Origin: Rhodosorus marinus CCMP1338
Lineage: Eukaryota > Plantae > Rhodophyta
Reading direction: 5' to 3'
NCBI GenBank assembly: GCA_029953675.1
Contig: JAMWBK010000006.1
Span: 806,001 to 870,000 of the forward strand
DNA length: 64,000 bases
Below, piece by piece: positions 12,601-24,517 of the stretch; within the stretch, counting starts at the first letter, position 1, and every line of letters starts with the position of its first letter. The notes beneath the pieces are model-generated. The model was not told the DNA's origin and made no database searches. It saw only the letters and a program-made list of their open reading frames with translations. The position numbers and the translations under genes were made by a program.

Positions 12601-13073
12601 ATGCTGAGGGCATGGTCGACAAGCTCTGTCCGCGATTCAGGGCAAGTGATGAGGTGCAGGAGTGGCGAGATCTCTCATTCGTGCTGAGTCTCCTACCGTA
12701 TCAGGACAGAGCCCTTCGGGGACTGATGGACAACTTCAAGACCTACGCGGATAAGCTGGACGACGCAGAGGTCAGGGAGAATTTTGAGGCAATTGCAGCG
12801 AAGGTCCGACATTTGCCGAAAATTGACAAGGCTCTGGCCGCTGAATTCGAGGCTTCTATTAAGAGGATTGCTAACCGCAAGGAGGATGAGGACGTGAAGG
12901 ACGTCATTCAAGACCTTGACATGTACGGAGCGACACCAAAGGCAAAGTCACGTTCACAATCAGTGTCGAAGTCTACCCTTGCCAGTACAGTTAAAACCTC
13001 GCGACGAAAGAAAGGGCGGCGCAAGGTGATGCCTCTGACTCCAACTGCCTTGAATCTAAGCGGCGAAAATTAA
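9660..13073 (+). CDS. NCAPD2: Condensin I HEAT subunit CAP-D2 (Cnd1/Ycs4), intronless, 1137 aa
   Basis: N-terminal EFVIPL, RVCDVNAFTRSRTIQAW, DRLHDKAAAVRKSALQL, and the Cnd1 domain VRGNSIVALGDLSFRHPNILEPWSAKMYSSLRDEDPMVRRYTLSTLTHLILNDMVKVRGQ...NILPD. Confidence 0.96.
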   Translation: MNEFVIPLHFEELEKQDILDLARVRYRSPKENLRTVKGVSWWTEEGEHAVSELYWLVKTFRDLSNNEKQELVERMREAVEKAVKLRKLSALKSTGFFVAFLINVAEDLESEPVAAKGKGKQNQEWSWTAQGLETALRCLTQITEQKNDIAENKYTENFTSMSWRAALTAMERSSAVKNSALMDLVFRIISVGISRWAQSMPISAALVHLVHRQEHVAPSVATLLIKFNRKPDFKDFVDSTIAELCSSARLSDLNRDTSAGKYLGIVFSTIATGDAALLARYSKELVIPLLDHEPYTLRSGVVDALATSTLDQQVMGEYEDLRAEIYDVLVARVCDVNAFTRSRTIQAWMRLAEAHVVTHYELAELAQLVTDRLHDKAAAVRKSALQLWQVIMEHNPFSPTLSRQMVETAKESAKGETSEDSKKQAGLNSYVIVVENAELAVQRASNLLKSDSVTDVVEAINMLSCSRKFQVHGADSAVRSILTLILARDKAVSDAACRCIEENLCQDQSPEASTKELSTSLLKSLVLLVRSATVGERVCIESCIKRLYASDGHAGSLIKSTTFSKILWDVISGRAGGALSEIRKVACITLGAVTSASGTEDGPSSVVSSKRIAILTSVAVQHEDPALAREACSLICRIVPRTSPGAEEAACEIVDKVLISSADDGSVPNDFWLPLAEQALNATYAISAQPEKLAADMIHRIGSRTLQKPTEWAVTRFVFIIGHTAVRQLVFNEERARELSRSPTIETESRTNGDNKGDEEIEDVVGVSLGAEADAAVERGEQELVGEGSILGRFAPLVAKVATDRNASDVQRAAAASSLAKLMAVHSFMCEHYVRLMFSLLDPSNAPPVVRGNSIVALGDLSFRHPNILEPWSAKMYSSLRDEDPMVRRYTLSTLTHLILNDMVKVRGQVVELVLCLKDNDERLQALSKLFFHELSRKGGNLIYNILPDTLSCLSQRKDVDRGTYREVMKFLVSFLDKSRHAEGMVDKLCPRFRASDEVQEWRDLSFVLSLLPYQDRALRGLMDNFKTYADKLDDAEVRENFEAIAAKVRHLPKIDKALAAEFEASIKRIANRKEDEDVKDVIQDLDMYGATPKAKSRSQSVSKSTLASTVKTSRRKKGRRKVMPLTPTALNLSGEN

Positions 13074-13444
13074 GTTGTGCATGGTGACCGGGAAACCGCA
13101 CCCCAGTTTTGATTTCATTTGCTTGTGGGCTATTGCGCCTCGATTTATATTTCAATCTAAAAACTCGGAACATATTCCGTGGAATATGTGAAGAAACCTC
13201 GCACGTTCATCTACATCCACCATTGACCACAGAGTTCAGGCGACCGCGTATGGGCCTCACGAGCAAACCCCAATTGGCTACTCGAAGGCCTTTGAGTCTG
13301 TATTCGGAGGGGAAGCTACTCATCAGCTTCGCAGGACGTCGGTGAGTCGAGCACGTCCATTGCAGGGGCACGACCACCCTTCCCATCGAGCAATTTTGGG
13401 GACGCTTTGTGAAATTTTGTTAAACACATCATATCAATCCTCGC

Positions 13445-15979
13445 TCAATTCGTGTAGATCCATGTTCGCGCGTGCTTGTCCCCTGATCCTGTCGCAAGAG
13501 CATTGCCCTTTGGGGAGTGATCAATACTAATAACCGAGTTCTTGTGTCCCTGAAGCATCAGGCACATGCTCGGCTGCCTTGGGTCCCAAAATTGGACAGT
13601 TCGGTCTTTGCTGCCACTAATCAACCAACGACCTGTTCACGATGTAGGGAATAATGGACTCAAAAATTAGACCACACCTCAAGGCTGCTGGAAATCGATA
13701 CTCTGGGCGTGAAAAAAAATTCAATTACCGTTTGGACTAAACGCAACGGACAACACAAAGTCCTTGTGCCCAGTGAAGGAAAGGCGACATTGGTTAGACG
13801 GATTCGAAGCAGCCAGGTCCCAAAGTTTCAATGTTTTGTCCAAAGATCCTATTGGCGCAATCGTCAAGAAACTCGAGGTTAGGAACGAGATCTCAAATCG
13901 AATCAGGAAAGTGTTCTGTGAACAAGTCCACCCACCAGAGAGAAGCATTCTACAATCCGGGGAGAATGCGACTGAATATACAGAGTCCCTATGGCCCTCG
14001 AAGGATCTCACAAGTCGACCAGTCTCCACTTCCCAAACGCGTACAATCTTGTCAAGCGACCCAGCAGCGACGTGAAGACTTGTCGGGCTCACGGTGACCG
14101 AAGTTACTCCATCAGTTGGAGCCCTGTCTCCGCCACCTGGATACAGCAAACATAGAATATATCTTTCTACATTAGAAAAGACGAGTTTCAACGTAAAAGC
14201 TGTAGGTACACCCACCAAGAGTATGCAGCAATTGTCCCGTTTTCAGATCCCATAATTTCGCCGTTTTGTCCCCACTGCCGCTCGCGATGAATTTGTTATC
14301 ACTACTAGCATCTACAGAGTAAATATCCGTCTCATGGCCAGTGAGTTTGTGCTTCACTGTTCTCGTGCGCACATCCCACACCCTCACGAGGCGATCCTCG
14401 GAACCTTTTCAGTCGAAGGGCAAGGTCGATGTCTAAGTCAGAAGGTTGCTCATTGCTTGGATAGGTAGCGGTTATATGCCGGTCCTCATCTGCAAGTACT
14501 CACCAGTGATGAGCCATTTCCCATCTGGCGAAAAGCACACCGCCCGAATAAAACTGTCCTGTTGAGTGTCGTTGTACTGCTGGTCCGCGCCCTCATCCCT
14601 TGCGAAGGTGGCAATCTTGGCTCCAGTGGCAGCATCAAAAATTTGAGCGCACTTGTTTGATCCCTTCACAATGTATTTTTGAACTGGATTAGAACTCATC
14701 CTTGCGCTCTAAAGGCCATTTCTGACGCACTTACCGTTGCAAGGTACTGACCACTGTAACTGTATCGCACACAGCACACAACGGAGTCATGCACAAACGA
14801 ATTCTGGAGCTTAACGTTCATGTTAAGCAATGTCCCGTTGCTGTTCATTCCTTGGTAGACGACATAGTCGTTGTCTGGGAATTTGACGAGGTAAAAAAAA
14901 ATAGCATTCTGAGCTCTACTCTTGGAGCAATCATTCACTGTCAACAATAAGATGCCTACCTGAATTATTCGTCCGACCGACTCCCTGATCGCTAGTTACG
15001 TTACCCATCAGGTTTGTACCGCTAAATTTCTCGGGTCCTTGCACCTCGTTCGGCTCTTCCTTGCCTGCGGCAGCAGCCGCAGCTGTGGCCTATTGTACAA
15101 AGAGATCAATGGACCAATTGCATCAGTTCTCGTGTGAGGCGACCAGAGGAGAGTTCGAGCAATCAATAATTGTTATCCGGCCCACCGCTGCGCCCACAAT
15201 GTTGCCAATCGGATTTCCCAGTGTTGACGCTGTCGTCGACGTGGCCGGCTTCAAGTCCGTTGGCATTGCACCGCGATGCCTCTTCGTCGCGGGAGTATTA
15301 CCCGTTTGGGCGCTAGGGAACCCTGCTCCAAGTTGACCCCCGTATGTGCCTTGTGCAGCAGCTCTGCTGGCCAAACCCGGAAGGGCAGCAACTGGCTCAT
15401 CCCGTCCAGCTACTTGTCCTGCGCAAAGAAGATATAAAAAGGAATGAGAAGAGCTCCAAACGTAGCCTTCACCGATTAAAAATCACGCACCTGCTCCTGG
15501 GAGGGCGCCTTGACCACCCATCAACTGCTTTTTCAATCGTGAGATTTCCGACTCATACTGTTCCTTCATGAGCTGATGCTTTTGCTCCATCTGTAGTAGA
15601 GCGCTTTCCAGGGTGGTCATCTCGCTGATCTACAATGGGATAAGAAAAGGCCACTAACGTGAACAACTCTGACCCAAGACGGAAAACAACGTAATTTCAA
15701 AACCTAGATCTCTCAGGCCGCTACCCCAGAGATACCAACGGCCAAAACCAGTAGCCAGCAATACGCCCTACAAGTCAAAATCAAACGCACCTGTTCTTCC
15801 GCCTTCCTCTGAAATTCATCCCGAAGACCTCTGTAGGCTTTAATTTCTTGAGCAACGGCCTCAAACTCATCCCGAAGTTGGTCAATGAGCTCGACGACTC
15901 CAGGCTGCTGACGCGCCGCAGCACCAGTACCTTCCCCGCCCACGTACACTCCTTGCCCACCAGCGCTCGGAATATTCAT
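13445..15979 (-). CDS. TUP1: Tup1-like transcriptional corepressor (Tup_N coiled coil plus WD40 propeller), multi-exon
   Basis: N-terminal ELIDQLRDEFEAVAQE...RDEFQRKAEEQ-ISEMTTL...HQLMKEQYESEISRLK. WD repeats include HDSVVCCVRYS, DSFIRAVCFSPDGKWLITG, GHETDIYSVD, DGVTSVTVSP, GHRDSVYSVAFSP, GHKDFVLSVAFSP and GHKNSVISID; the last exon ends ATGSGDKHARTWIYTN*. Confidence 0.9.
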
Positions 15980-17388
15980 GACTATGACAAACTTGGACTA
16001 TAAATCTCAGCAAGCCCGATATAATCCTCCAAGCGGTAACACCTTAACAGCCTTTTCCCCGAACGCAAAACGCCTTTTCTCTTTGAACCGGATTGAAGCG
16101 GATCCCGATTGGAAAAAAGTGAAGAAAAATCGCCGCCGGCCCCGCCGCACTACTTCCAAGAAACAACCATCTACCAACTTAAGAATTCCTTTTCCGTTCT
16201 AACCAACACCCAATCCAACCCCTACAACCACAACAACCACAACCAAACAACACCTACACACACACACACACAAGGCTCTTCAACCAAGTAGCCGGAGGAT
16301 TAGACGTCTCAAAAAAAAAAAGATCTCAGGCTCCGTGCTTGGTCATCCCCCTTCACTCTAGTTGCACACACACCTCGCGAAACTCTAAAAGCCACGCCAC
16401 TTCACCCCACGCTCCCGAAATCAAAATCGCTTTCTCCGAACAAGTCGCTTGTACAAATCGCTTCCACAATCCTCTTCCGGCTGACCCTTCCCCCCTACCC
16501 AACCCCCCCCCCACCCTACCTCCCACTCCACTACCAAAAAAAAAAAAATCTACCGTGACCTGCCCTTCCGAATCAATTAGTCCTCTGATCCTCTTCAAAA
16601 GGATTGAGAGATATGATCATACAACCCTCTCCCTACTTTGCCATCCTTCCCCCTTCCTAATCGCTCTCCCTCCCCAGCATACACACATACACACACACAT
16701 GCACACACATACTCTTCCTCGCCCCGCGAAAACTCAAAATTCCCTATAGAGACCCAGCAAAGACACCAAAGTCAGACTCAATTCAGCTACCCCTACAAAA
16801 ACAACCAAAAACCTCTATTTCTACCGAATTCTTGAAAATCAAAAAATACAACAGCCCCCTATCCACCCAAAAGTAACTCTCTGGCAACGGGTGGGAAAGA
16901 TTGAGATGAGGAAACGGGTGGAAATAGGAAGGGGGGGAAAGGAGAGGAAAGGGTGGAGTGAAGAAAGAAAGACTAAAAAGGGAAAAAAAAGCGGTTCACC
17001 AAACGGGAAAAGAAGTCCAAAAAGAAAACCCAAAATGTTTTCCTTTTTTTAAGAAGAGAAGGGATAGTACAGATTTAGGGATTGGAGGGAGACACAAACT
17101 GGACAACTGGCAAGGGAAGTGGAGGGGTGGAGGGGGGGGGGGGTTGGGGGAGAGAGTCGGAATGGAAGATGAGGAGGGGTTAAAAAAGAAACCAGTGTTC
17201 TCGAACAACACTTATCTGGGTCACCAAAAAGAAGTAGAAGGAAGATATTCTAATCTAGTGCTTGCCGGTACAATCTCGCAAACATTTTTTTTCAAGAATT
17301 GTATTTATATTAAGGCCGGGTTGATAATGGATGGGAAGATACTCTTCCTTGATAAACCTGAAATCTCAGGAGTGGCAACGGAAAATGG

Positions 17389-18700
17389 TTGCGTGAGGGG
17401 GGGGGAGGAGGGGGAGAGGGTCGGCTGCGGTTTTCTGGTCGGAAGTTTCGGAACTGGACTTATTTTGCAGCAGTCGCTTGTATATCTTTTATGTATTTTT
17501 TTGTATTACCGAGGGAACGTCTTTTGGGGATTGAAACAATCGACGTTGGGGATACGCACCCCAATAGAAGTGTCGCCTTGGGATTCTGCGTGAGTTATTT
17601 TTTATTTATTTTGTTCTCGAGTAATATTTTCCGGAGTTTCATTACTTCTTCATGTATTTTGACTGAAATTTACCAGGTAAACGAGACCGTCTACACAGTG
17701 TCTGATCGTGTCTCTTAAAGCAGCCTTTCTCGTCTTCTCATGCGTTTCCTATTAATTATTGATTTCCCTTGTTTCTGATGGAATGACTTAGGTTGCTTCA
17801 ATCCCACTAATCTCCTCCCAAACCCCCCCCACGCCCCTCTCCTCCTCCACACCTCCCCTCACACGTCCGCAACAACTGTCCGATTTGGATAACCCTTCTG
17901 CTGACACTTATTGGCAGTTTTCTATCCACCCCTGTGATTATTGCATTGTCCCAGGCAAAAAAATAAACAAATTTAGTTTCGTCCGCTTCCCTGTTTCCCC
18001 CATGTATGGAAGGGGGTGAGCGATAAGATTTTTGCCAGCGGGTTAGGTTGGTCCATTCATGCGTCAGCCATCCCCACCCTAGGTGACGTGTGGCAGTTAC
18101 CTTAGACATTGCCTTCTCACTGATGCATAGTTTTTTTCTTTTATCTTTTCAGGTTTCCCAGCAGGTCCAAAGTATCAAGACGGAGGTGGATCTTTGGGAG
18201 TCTATTTTTTTTCCGCTTGAGTGCGTTCCCCCTTTTCCCCACCCCCCCCAGAATGGATCTCTGGAGAGTGTCAAGTGTTGGACGCAGGAAACACCACGAT
18301 GATCGTAAGTTTTTCTCAGTTTCCTTGGGGGGGGGCTTCATGGTTTTCACCCCAGCATGCTCGTTTCTCAGCGATATGTAGATGTTGCAAAGCTTCTATA
18401 GAAAAAAGAACTTATGGAAGCTCCTATTATTCTGATATTTTTCGTGTGGTGGTTGAGAAACTGAATCGAAGCGAATGCGTAAACGTGCTAAATTGATTGA
18501 ATGTATTTGTTGATTGAGACATCTATTTTTTGCATAAGGTGTGGGCGAGTAGTTCATGGTGCATGGGAGGTGTAAGTAAACGACCAATGAGCGCTTGGAA
18601 GGTTGTCCAATCCAAGTTTGGGGTTTTCGACGTATTTTAGAACTATCTCCCTCTTTTTTTCTCGGTGTTCGCATCTCGGAAAACAGTTTGCTGAAATGTT
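17389..18700 (+). other. Possible plus-strand gene (N-terminal TM segment) in error-prone sequence
   Basis: The frame KFRNWTYFAAVACISFMYFFVLPRERLLG is followed by a GTGAGT donor; downstream frames are disrupted. Confidence 0.25.
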
Positions 18701-18981
18701 TTGGTGTATGTAGGGAACGGTAGATTCGTAGATGAAGGTTTTAGAATAGTCAAACCAGGTCAGAACAGGAATCCTAGGTCGCATGGTGGACTACACTGTT
18801 TTTATCGACTTCTAGTTAGTAATCAACCCAAAACCTGACTTGCAAACTGGGTTGCGAGATTTTGATCCAAAATACGCAAAGATTTTGCAAACAAAATTTA
18901 AGTAGCATGTGTCCTATGGTTTGACTACAACTACACTAGAGAGTTCTTACCCTTTGGCAGTGGCAGTGGTTGAGCTAGCAT

Positions 18982-19528
18982 ACGTACCTCGAGGGTACTG
19001 AATTCGCAGTCAGAACACAACCCGCTGAGATTTATACATTCCCAATGGGAGCTCACCAAGCGGTAGGCCAGGAACATAAATAGACTGATTCCGTTCCTTT
19101 TTACAATCGAATACAAGAAGGGGAGGAGCGCCCTGAGTCGAAGTGCCATTCAGCATCTGACACTTGCGCAGAAGTCTCCAGCGCGGAAGATTGGGCAACG
19201 TTGTACCAGTCTGATCCAGACCTTCTCTTCTTCTTACAAATTCAATCGAGTACGGGTAACAGGTATTTTTCCCCAATCTTCGGCGCTGGAGACTTTTGCG
19301 CAAGTGTCAGATGCTGAATGGCACTTCGACTCGGGGCGTCCGCAATAATCTCCTTTCCCTTCTTGTATTCGACGATAAAAAGTAACGGTATCAGTCGATT
19401 TATGTACCTGGTCTGCCGCCTACCGCTGAGATTTCTACACTCCCAACGGTGAGCTCCCGTTGGAAATGTAGAAATCTCAGCCGGTTGTGATCTGTTCTGA
19501 CTGTGACCTTAGTACCCGCGAGGTACGT
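18982..19528. repeat. Inverted repeat of RNase H coding sequence (arms 18982-19195 and 19272-19528)
   Basis: The arms align as reverse complements by eye with scattered mismatches. The right arm contains an additional palindrome at 19425-19481. Confidence 0.85.
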
Positions 19529-20284
19529 TGTTGCATTATGCGGGTTCGGAGCTCGTCAAAAAGCCGTCTGTTCGTCCCGGCCCCAACTTGAATCTCAACA
19601 CCTTGTTTGTCAACGCCGTCATAGGTGCGGCAATAATGCTGAATCGTGGCATCCGATGTAATATGTAAGAAAATACGCCTGCCCAACAGGTCAAGAAATA
19701 TAGCGTTCAACAGACGTGCGAAGGTGGCTGGAGTGTTGGCTAGACCAAACGGCGTAGCCAACCACTCGTAAAGTTCAAACAGTGGTATGAACGCGGTTTT
19801 TACTATACCTGCTTCCTCCACTCGTAGCTGCCAGTATTCCCTGCGCAAATCGATGACTGAAATTAACTCTGCTTGCCCAACAGAATCTAAACGGTCGTCA
19901 ATTCCTGGGGGGGCTGTTCTAGCCGGGATCGTGATTGCGTTTAAGCGTCTGTAGTCGAGGCAAAGGCGCTTGTCCGCGTCTTTCTTGTCAACAAAAGTCA
20001 CAGTACTTGCGTAGGGAGAAGAACTGGGCCTAATCAGCCCATTCTGGGTAACAGCTCCTGTACCTATCTTTTCAACTCCTGCTGGTCGCGCGAACTCATT
20101 CTATACGGTCTCTAGGCTGGTGAACTCGCGCTAGGCTTCCATGAGAGTTCGAAGTTGACCTCTCTCCGTGTGGTTGAGTCCTTGGCTTTTTCCCTCAAAA
20201 ACGTATGGGAACTTATTTTTCGCCCAATCGGAGAAGGCGTGGGACTGTAAGCTGTCGGGAACTGGTCCAATAACCTCTGGATGT

Positions 20285-20465
20285 TGATCTGGATTTTCTT
20301 CAGAATTTTTTGAATGTTTTTCAGGGTAATTTTCGTCTGGATTTTCTTCTGGATTTTCTCCTAATTTTCTCGTAATTTCCTCGGGGTTTTCTTCAGGATT
20401 TTCTTCACAGGTTAATTTTCTTCGGGATCTTCAGGGTCTTCAGGATTTTCAGGATTTTCTTCGGT
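20285..20465 (-). repeat. Low-complexity (E/D-N-P)n-type repeat between protease and RT
   Basis: Repeated ttcttcaggattttc-like units on +; translates as EENPENPEDPEDPEEN on -. Confidence 0.7.
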
Positions 20466-21497
20466 TATCTTCACCAAAGATTGTCCGCTTCTGGTTGTCT
20501 CCGCGTTTGGTGGTGTTTTGTCTTGATTCACTTTCAAGGTAAGTATCTGGGTCTGTAAAGTCTGCGCCCCGTATTTGCTTAAGAAATCACTCCCCAGATA
20601 TTCCGGACGTGTGGTGTGGCCAACTACATAGGGTTGCCAATTGAATTGGTGTTCCCTTGTTGTAGTTTCACATTCTGCGCAGGATTTTCGATGGATGCCG
20701 CCGGGTACGGCTGTGTCCAAACTCCCATGGTAGGTGGGTCTTAGCGGATGGCGTCTGGAATCCCTCTCAGGACGGAATGGCTGCTGCCCGTATCGACCAA
20801 CAGGGAAAGTGCCTTTCCATTTACCGCTCCCCCCACTTTAATACCCCCCTTCCAAGGGATGTGGACGCCTGTTTCAGCAGCAGTAGCGGCGCCCCGTCAC
20901 TGCAGCTCGTCGTTTTAACTGTTGCGCCAGAGGACGGGCCGACTTTGAAACGGTCGGGTTCCTGTCGGGATATCCCAACACATGCGTTTCTTATGCCCCC
21001 GTTCCCACAGAAGTTGCATACTATGTTAGCATCGTCTCGGCGTACAGCTCGTTCTTCAACTGACGTCTCATCCAGGTGGGAGAAATCGTCGATCGGAGAA
21101 ATTCATTCGCTTCGTGGAGGGGTTGCAAAGCCCGAAGGGTTATTCTCGGGTGTCGAAAGAGTGAATCACGACCCAAGTTGACCCAGAGTCCGGGTTGATA
21201 CTCCACACCTAACCGGTGCTCCAGGAATTCCTTCCTACACTGAAAGCGTTAGAGTACTGTTGAAAGAACACGGCTTTTCCAGCAAACTTTGTTTTGACAC
21301 CTCCACTGCTCATTGACCCTCTCACGGAAAGAGCGCCGAGCATATCACAGAATACATAATGAAGAATCACTCACTTGATCGATCCCAGGATAGTTGAAGT
21401 CCCGTCGTAAAGAAAGATCGGAAACCGAGAAACACGTTCACAAAACTAAGGAAAAGCGAAAACGTGCGTTTCTGAAAAAAACCGGACGTTTTTAAAT

Positions 21498-22545
21498 GTA
21501 ACCAGGGTTTCTCAATTGAATTGGATTAAATACATAAGACAATCCCCCCAAATCTGTAAATCTGGCCTCATCCGGTTCTGTGGTTGCTGCAAGGCGATCG
21601 GTTCCCCCCACGAAGAAGGTCGCAGAACTCACTCCGACAGACCACAAACAACTTCATGAACCAGCAATCCCAAGGAAGTCATGCAGGGGATATACTATCA
21701 AAGTTTTATTGCTCGACGAGAACTTGAGTGTTTCTGTTCATCGGAACTGAAAAATTGTGAACGCTCGCTCGCTCTGTTTACGTGTACCAAATGGGGCAAT
21801 TACAACCCACTTGTCGAACTCACAATTTGTACTTGGTGTTCAAGCTCCGTGCTCCCACTTCACATGGGTTCTACGAGCAGTACAGTTTAGCTTTGGCTTT
21901 TTGGAGCAGCTGCCTGTTGGCTACTGGGCACCAGCAAAATGCAAATAGGTTGAGCAGGGTTCCGACTGGAAGGGTTGACCCGTATGAGACCAATTCCATG
22001 CGCCATCCGATTTTTACGGTGAAGGGGATAGGCGGAAAGACTCCACTCACGTTAGATGGCAATATGAGAGGCCCTCCCCGCATGCTGACGCACCTACAAG
22101 AAACGTGATTACGATAGTCCGAGCTGGTGTAACCCCACGCCAACGTAAGCCTTCTCTTGGAAAGAACTGCGACTTGTATCATCTCTAGTTCCGATGTACG
22201 CGTGGTTTTCGACTGCCCGAAGAGCAGGGCTCGTTAACTACAGCGCGTAGCCTCGGGCGAACACGATCCCGACCTGGGACCATCGGTTACTCAGACATAG
22301 ATACGCCACAGCAGAAAAGAACGGGCTTCTAAAACAAAACCGGCTATGGAACACCAGAATCTAAAACTCAACGAAGAGAGGAAACCCGAGTGATTCTCAT
22401 GGCGTCCACAAAAACGGTCTTGAAGCCAAGCCGCGCCTGGAACCCTCAGCGAATCCGAAGACCTCAATGACTAGCGGGACAAAGCGACGTAACATAGCCC
22501 ATTGCAGGGTGGTCACAACCTCCTCATGCAATGGGCTATGTTACA
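21498..22545 (-). mobile_element. Putative 5' LTR of the gypsy remnant
   Basis: Bounded by TGTAAC (21498) and GTTACA (22540-22545), with an AATAAA on - about 200 nt before the end, and located upstream of gag. No second LTR, PBS or TSD was found. Confidence 0.25.
22489..22544. other. Strong hairpin (18-bp perfect stem)
   Basis: GTAACATAGCCCATTGCA ... TGCAATGGGCTATGTTAC, with a 20-nt interior that can pair further (ggtggt/acctcc around caca). Confidence 0.75.
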
Positions 22546-23429
22546 GCGCATGATTCCGAGTCGCTGCGCGTCGCTCGCTGGCTATTCTCAACGGTCTGGA
22601 GCCCACACCGCCAGAACAGTTTCCAGAACGATTCAGACGATCCATGTCAAGTACTAACTAATCATCGTTGAGCAACGTCTCCAACCGTCCTTACCCCTCA
22701 AAATTTCAAACTGAATCCGTATGCTGAACGACGTCCATGAACCCCCCCCTTTCTCACCTAGTCAAAAACATTTTCTAGATAAACTAAACATTATAGTCGC
22801 AAAATTCTACCCTCTAAACAAAAAGAATTCCGGAATTCCGAGTGTGAACTCAAACTAAATTTCTACCCCTAGGAAATCTTTCAGGGAACTTTTTCTTGAA
22901 TAGATATTTAACTACGACAGCTGTCCCAATGGCAAATGCCGAGCTGTTCCTTCCTATGGAGGATCTTGACGATGCAGTTATGGGGTTGGCTTCTGGGGAA
23001 GGTGGGTAGGTGTGGGTAGCAAGCAAGAAGGCTTTGCTTTTGTACCATATAGCTCTCTTGTGCACCGTATATGTAAAGGATCTCTTGTTTCTTTTGTTGA
23101 TTTCCTTATAATTGACAGAATATTGGTTGCTTTTAAGCTGTTTTTCGAATCGGTTCTTGAAGTTTGAAGTTGGGGGGGTTTGCAACGTTGAAGCGTTTGG
23201 AAGCTTGCGAGTTTTTGTTTAGGTTGTGGACTAATTCGTAGCGCGAGGCTGGTGGTCTTTGGTTTTGAGTTGGGTTGAGTGCGTGGAGAATCAGCCAGCT
23301 TTCGGAATTTTTTGTTCTTCAGCCGTTTCTCGTGTTGGAGTAGAGCGGGGTTTGTGTTCCTTCATTGTTTTCCTTTCATCCTTTGAGCGGTATAGGGGAA
23401 CTGTTTTATTCGGTGGAGTGTTGTGAGCT

Positions 23430-24408
<979 letters not shown>

Positions 24409-24517
24409 AAAAGAGCCCTTTGTGACTACTAACCCTAAGGGGTTGTTGCCGCTGAAATGTCCGGGAGAGGCTGTACTTGACTGTTATGTCTGCTGGAGTT
24501 GGAATTCTTTTAATCGC

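Larger units (their letters stand above)
18982..21300 (-). mobile_element. Decayed Ty3/gypsy LTR-retrotransposon gag-pol remnant
   Basis: On the minus strand: CCHC knuckle CNFCGNG(G)HKKRMC (20978-21018, 1-nt indel), protease LLVDTGSSHS (DTG 20786-20794), RT NGLIRPSSSPYASTVTFVDKKD..RLCLDYRRLNAIT..PFGLANTPATF, and RNase H YLAGTKVTVRTDHN..IVEYKKGKEIIADAPSR. The YxDD segment is absent, no integrase is seen, and there are multiple stops and frameshifts. Confidence 0.9.

Noticed and set aside
9650-12911. Antisense ORFs (e.g. 9650-10465, 271 aa) opposite CAP-D2
   Set aside because: Shadow frames of a long conserved CDS, with no motifs.
18780-18980. 3' LTR matching 21498-22545
   Set aside because: No direct repeat of the candidate LTR, no PPT and no TSD were found.
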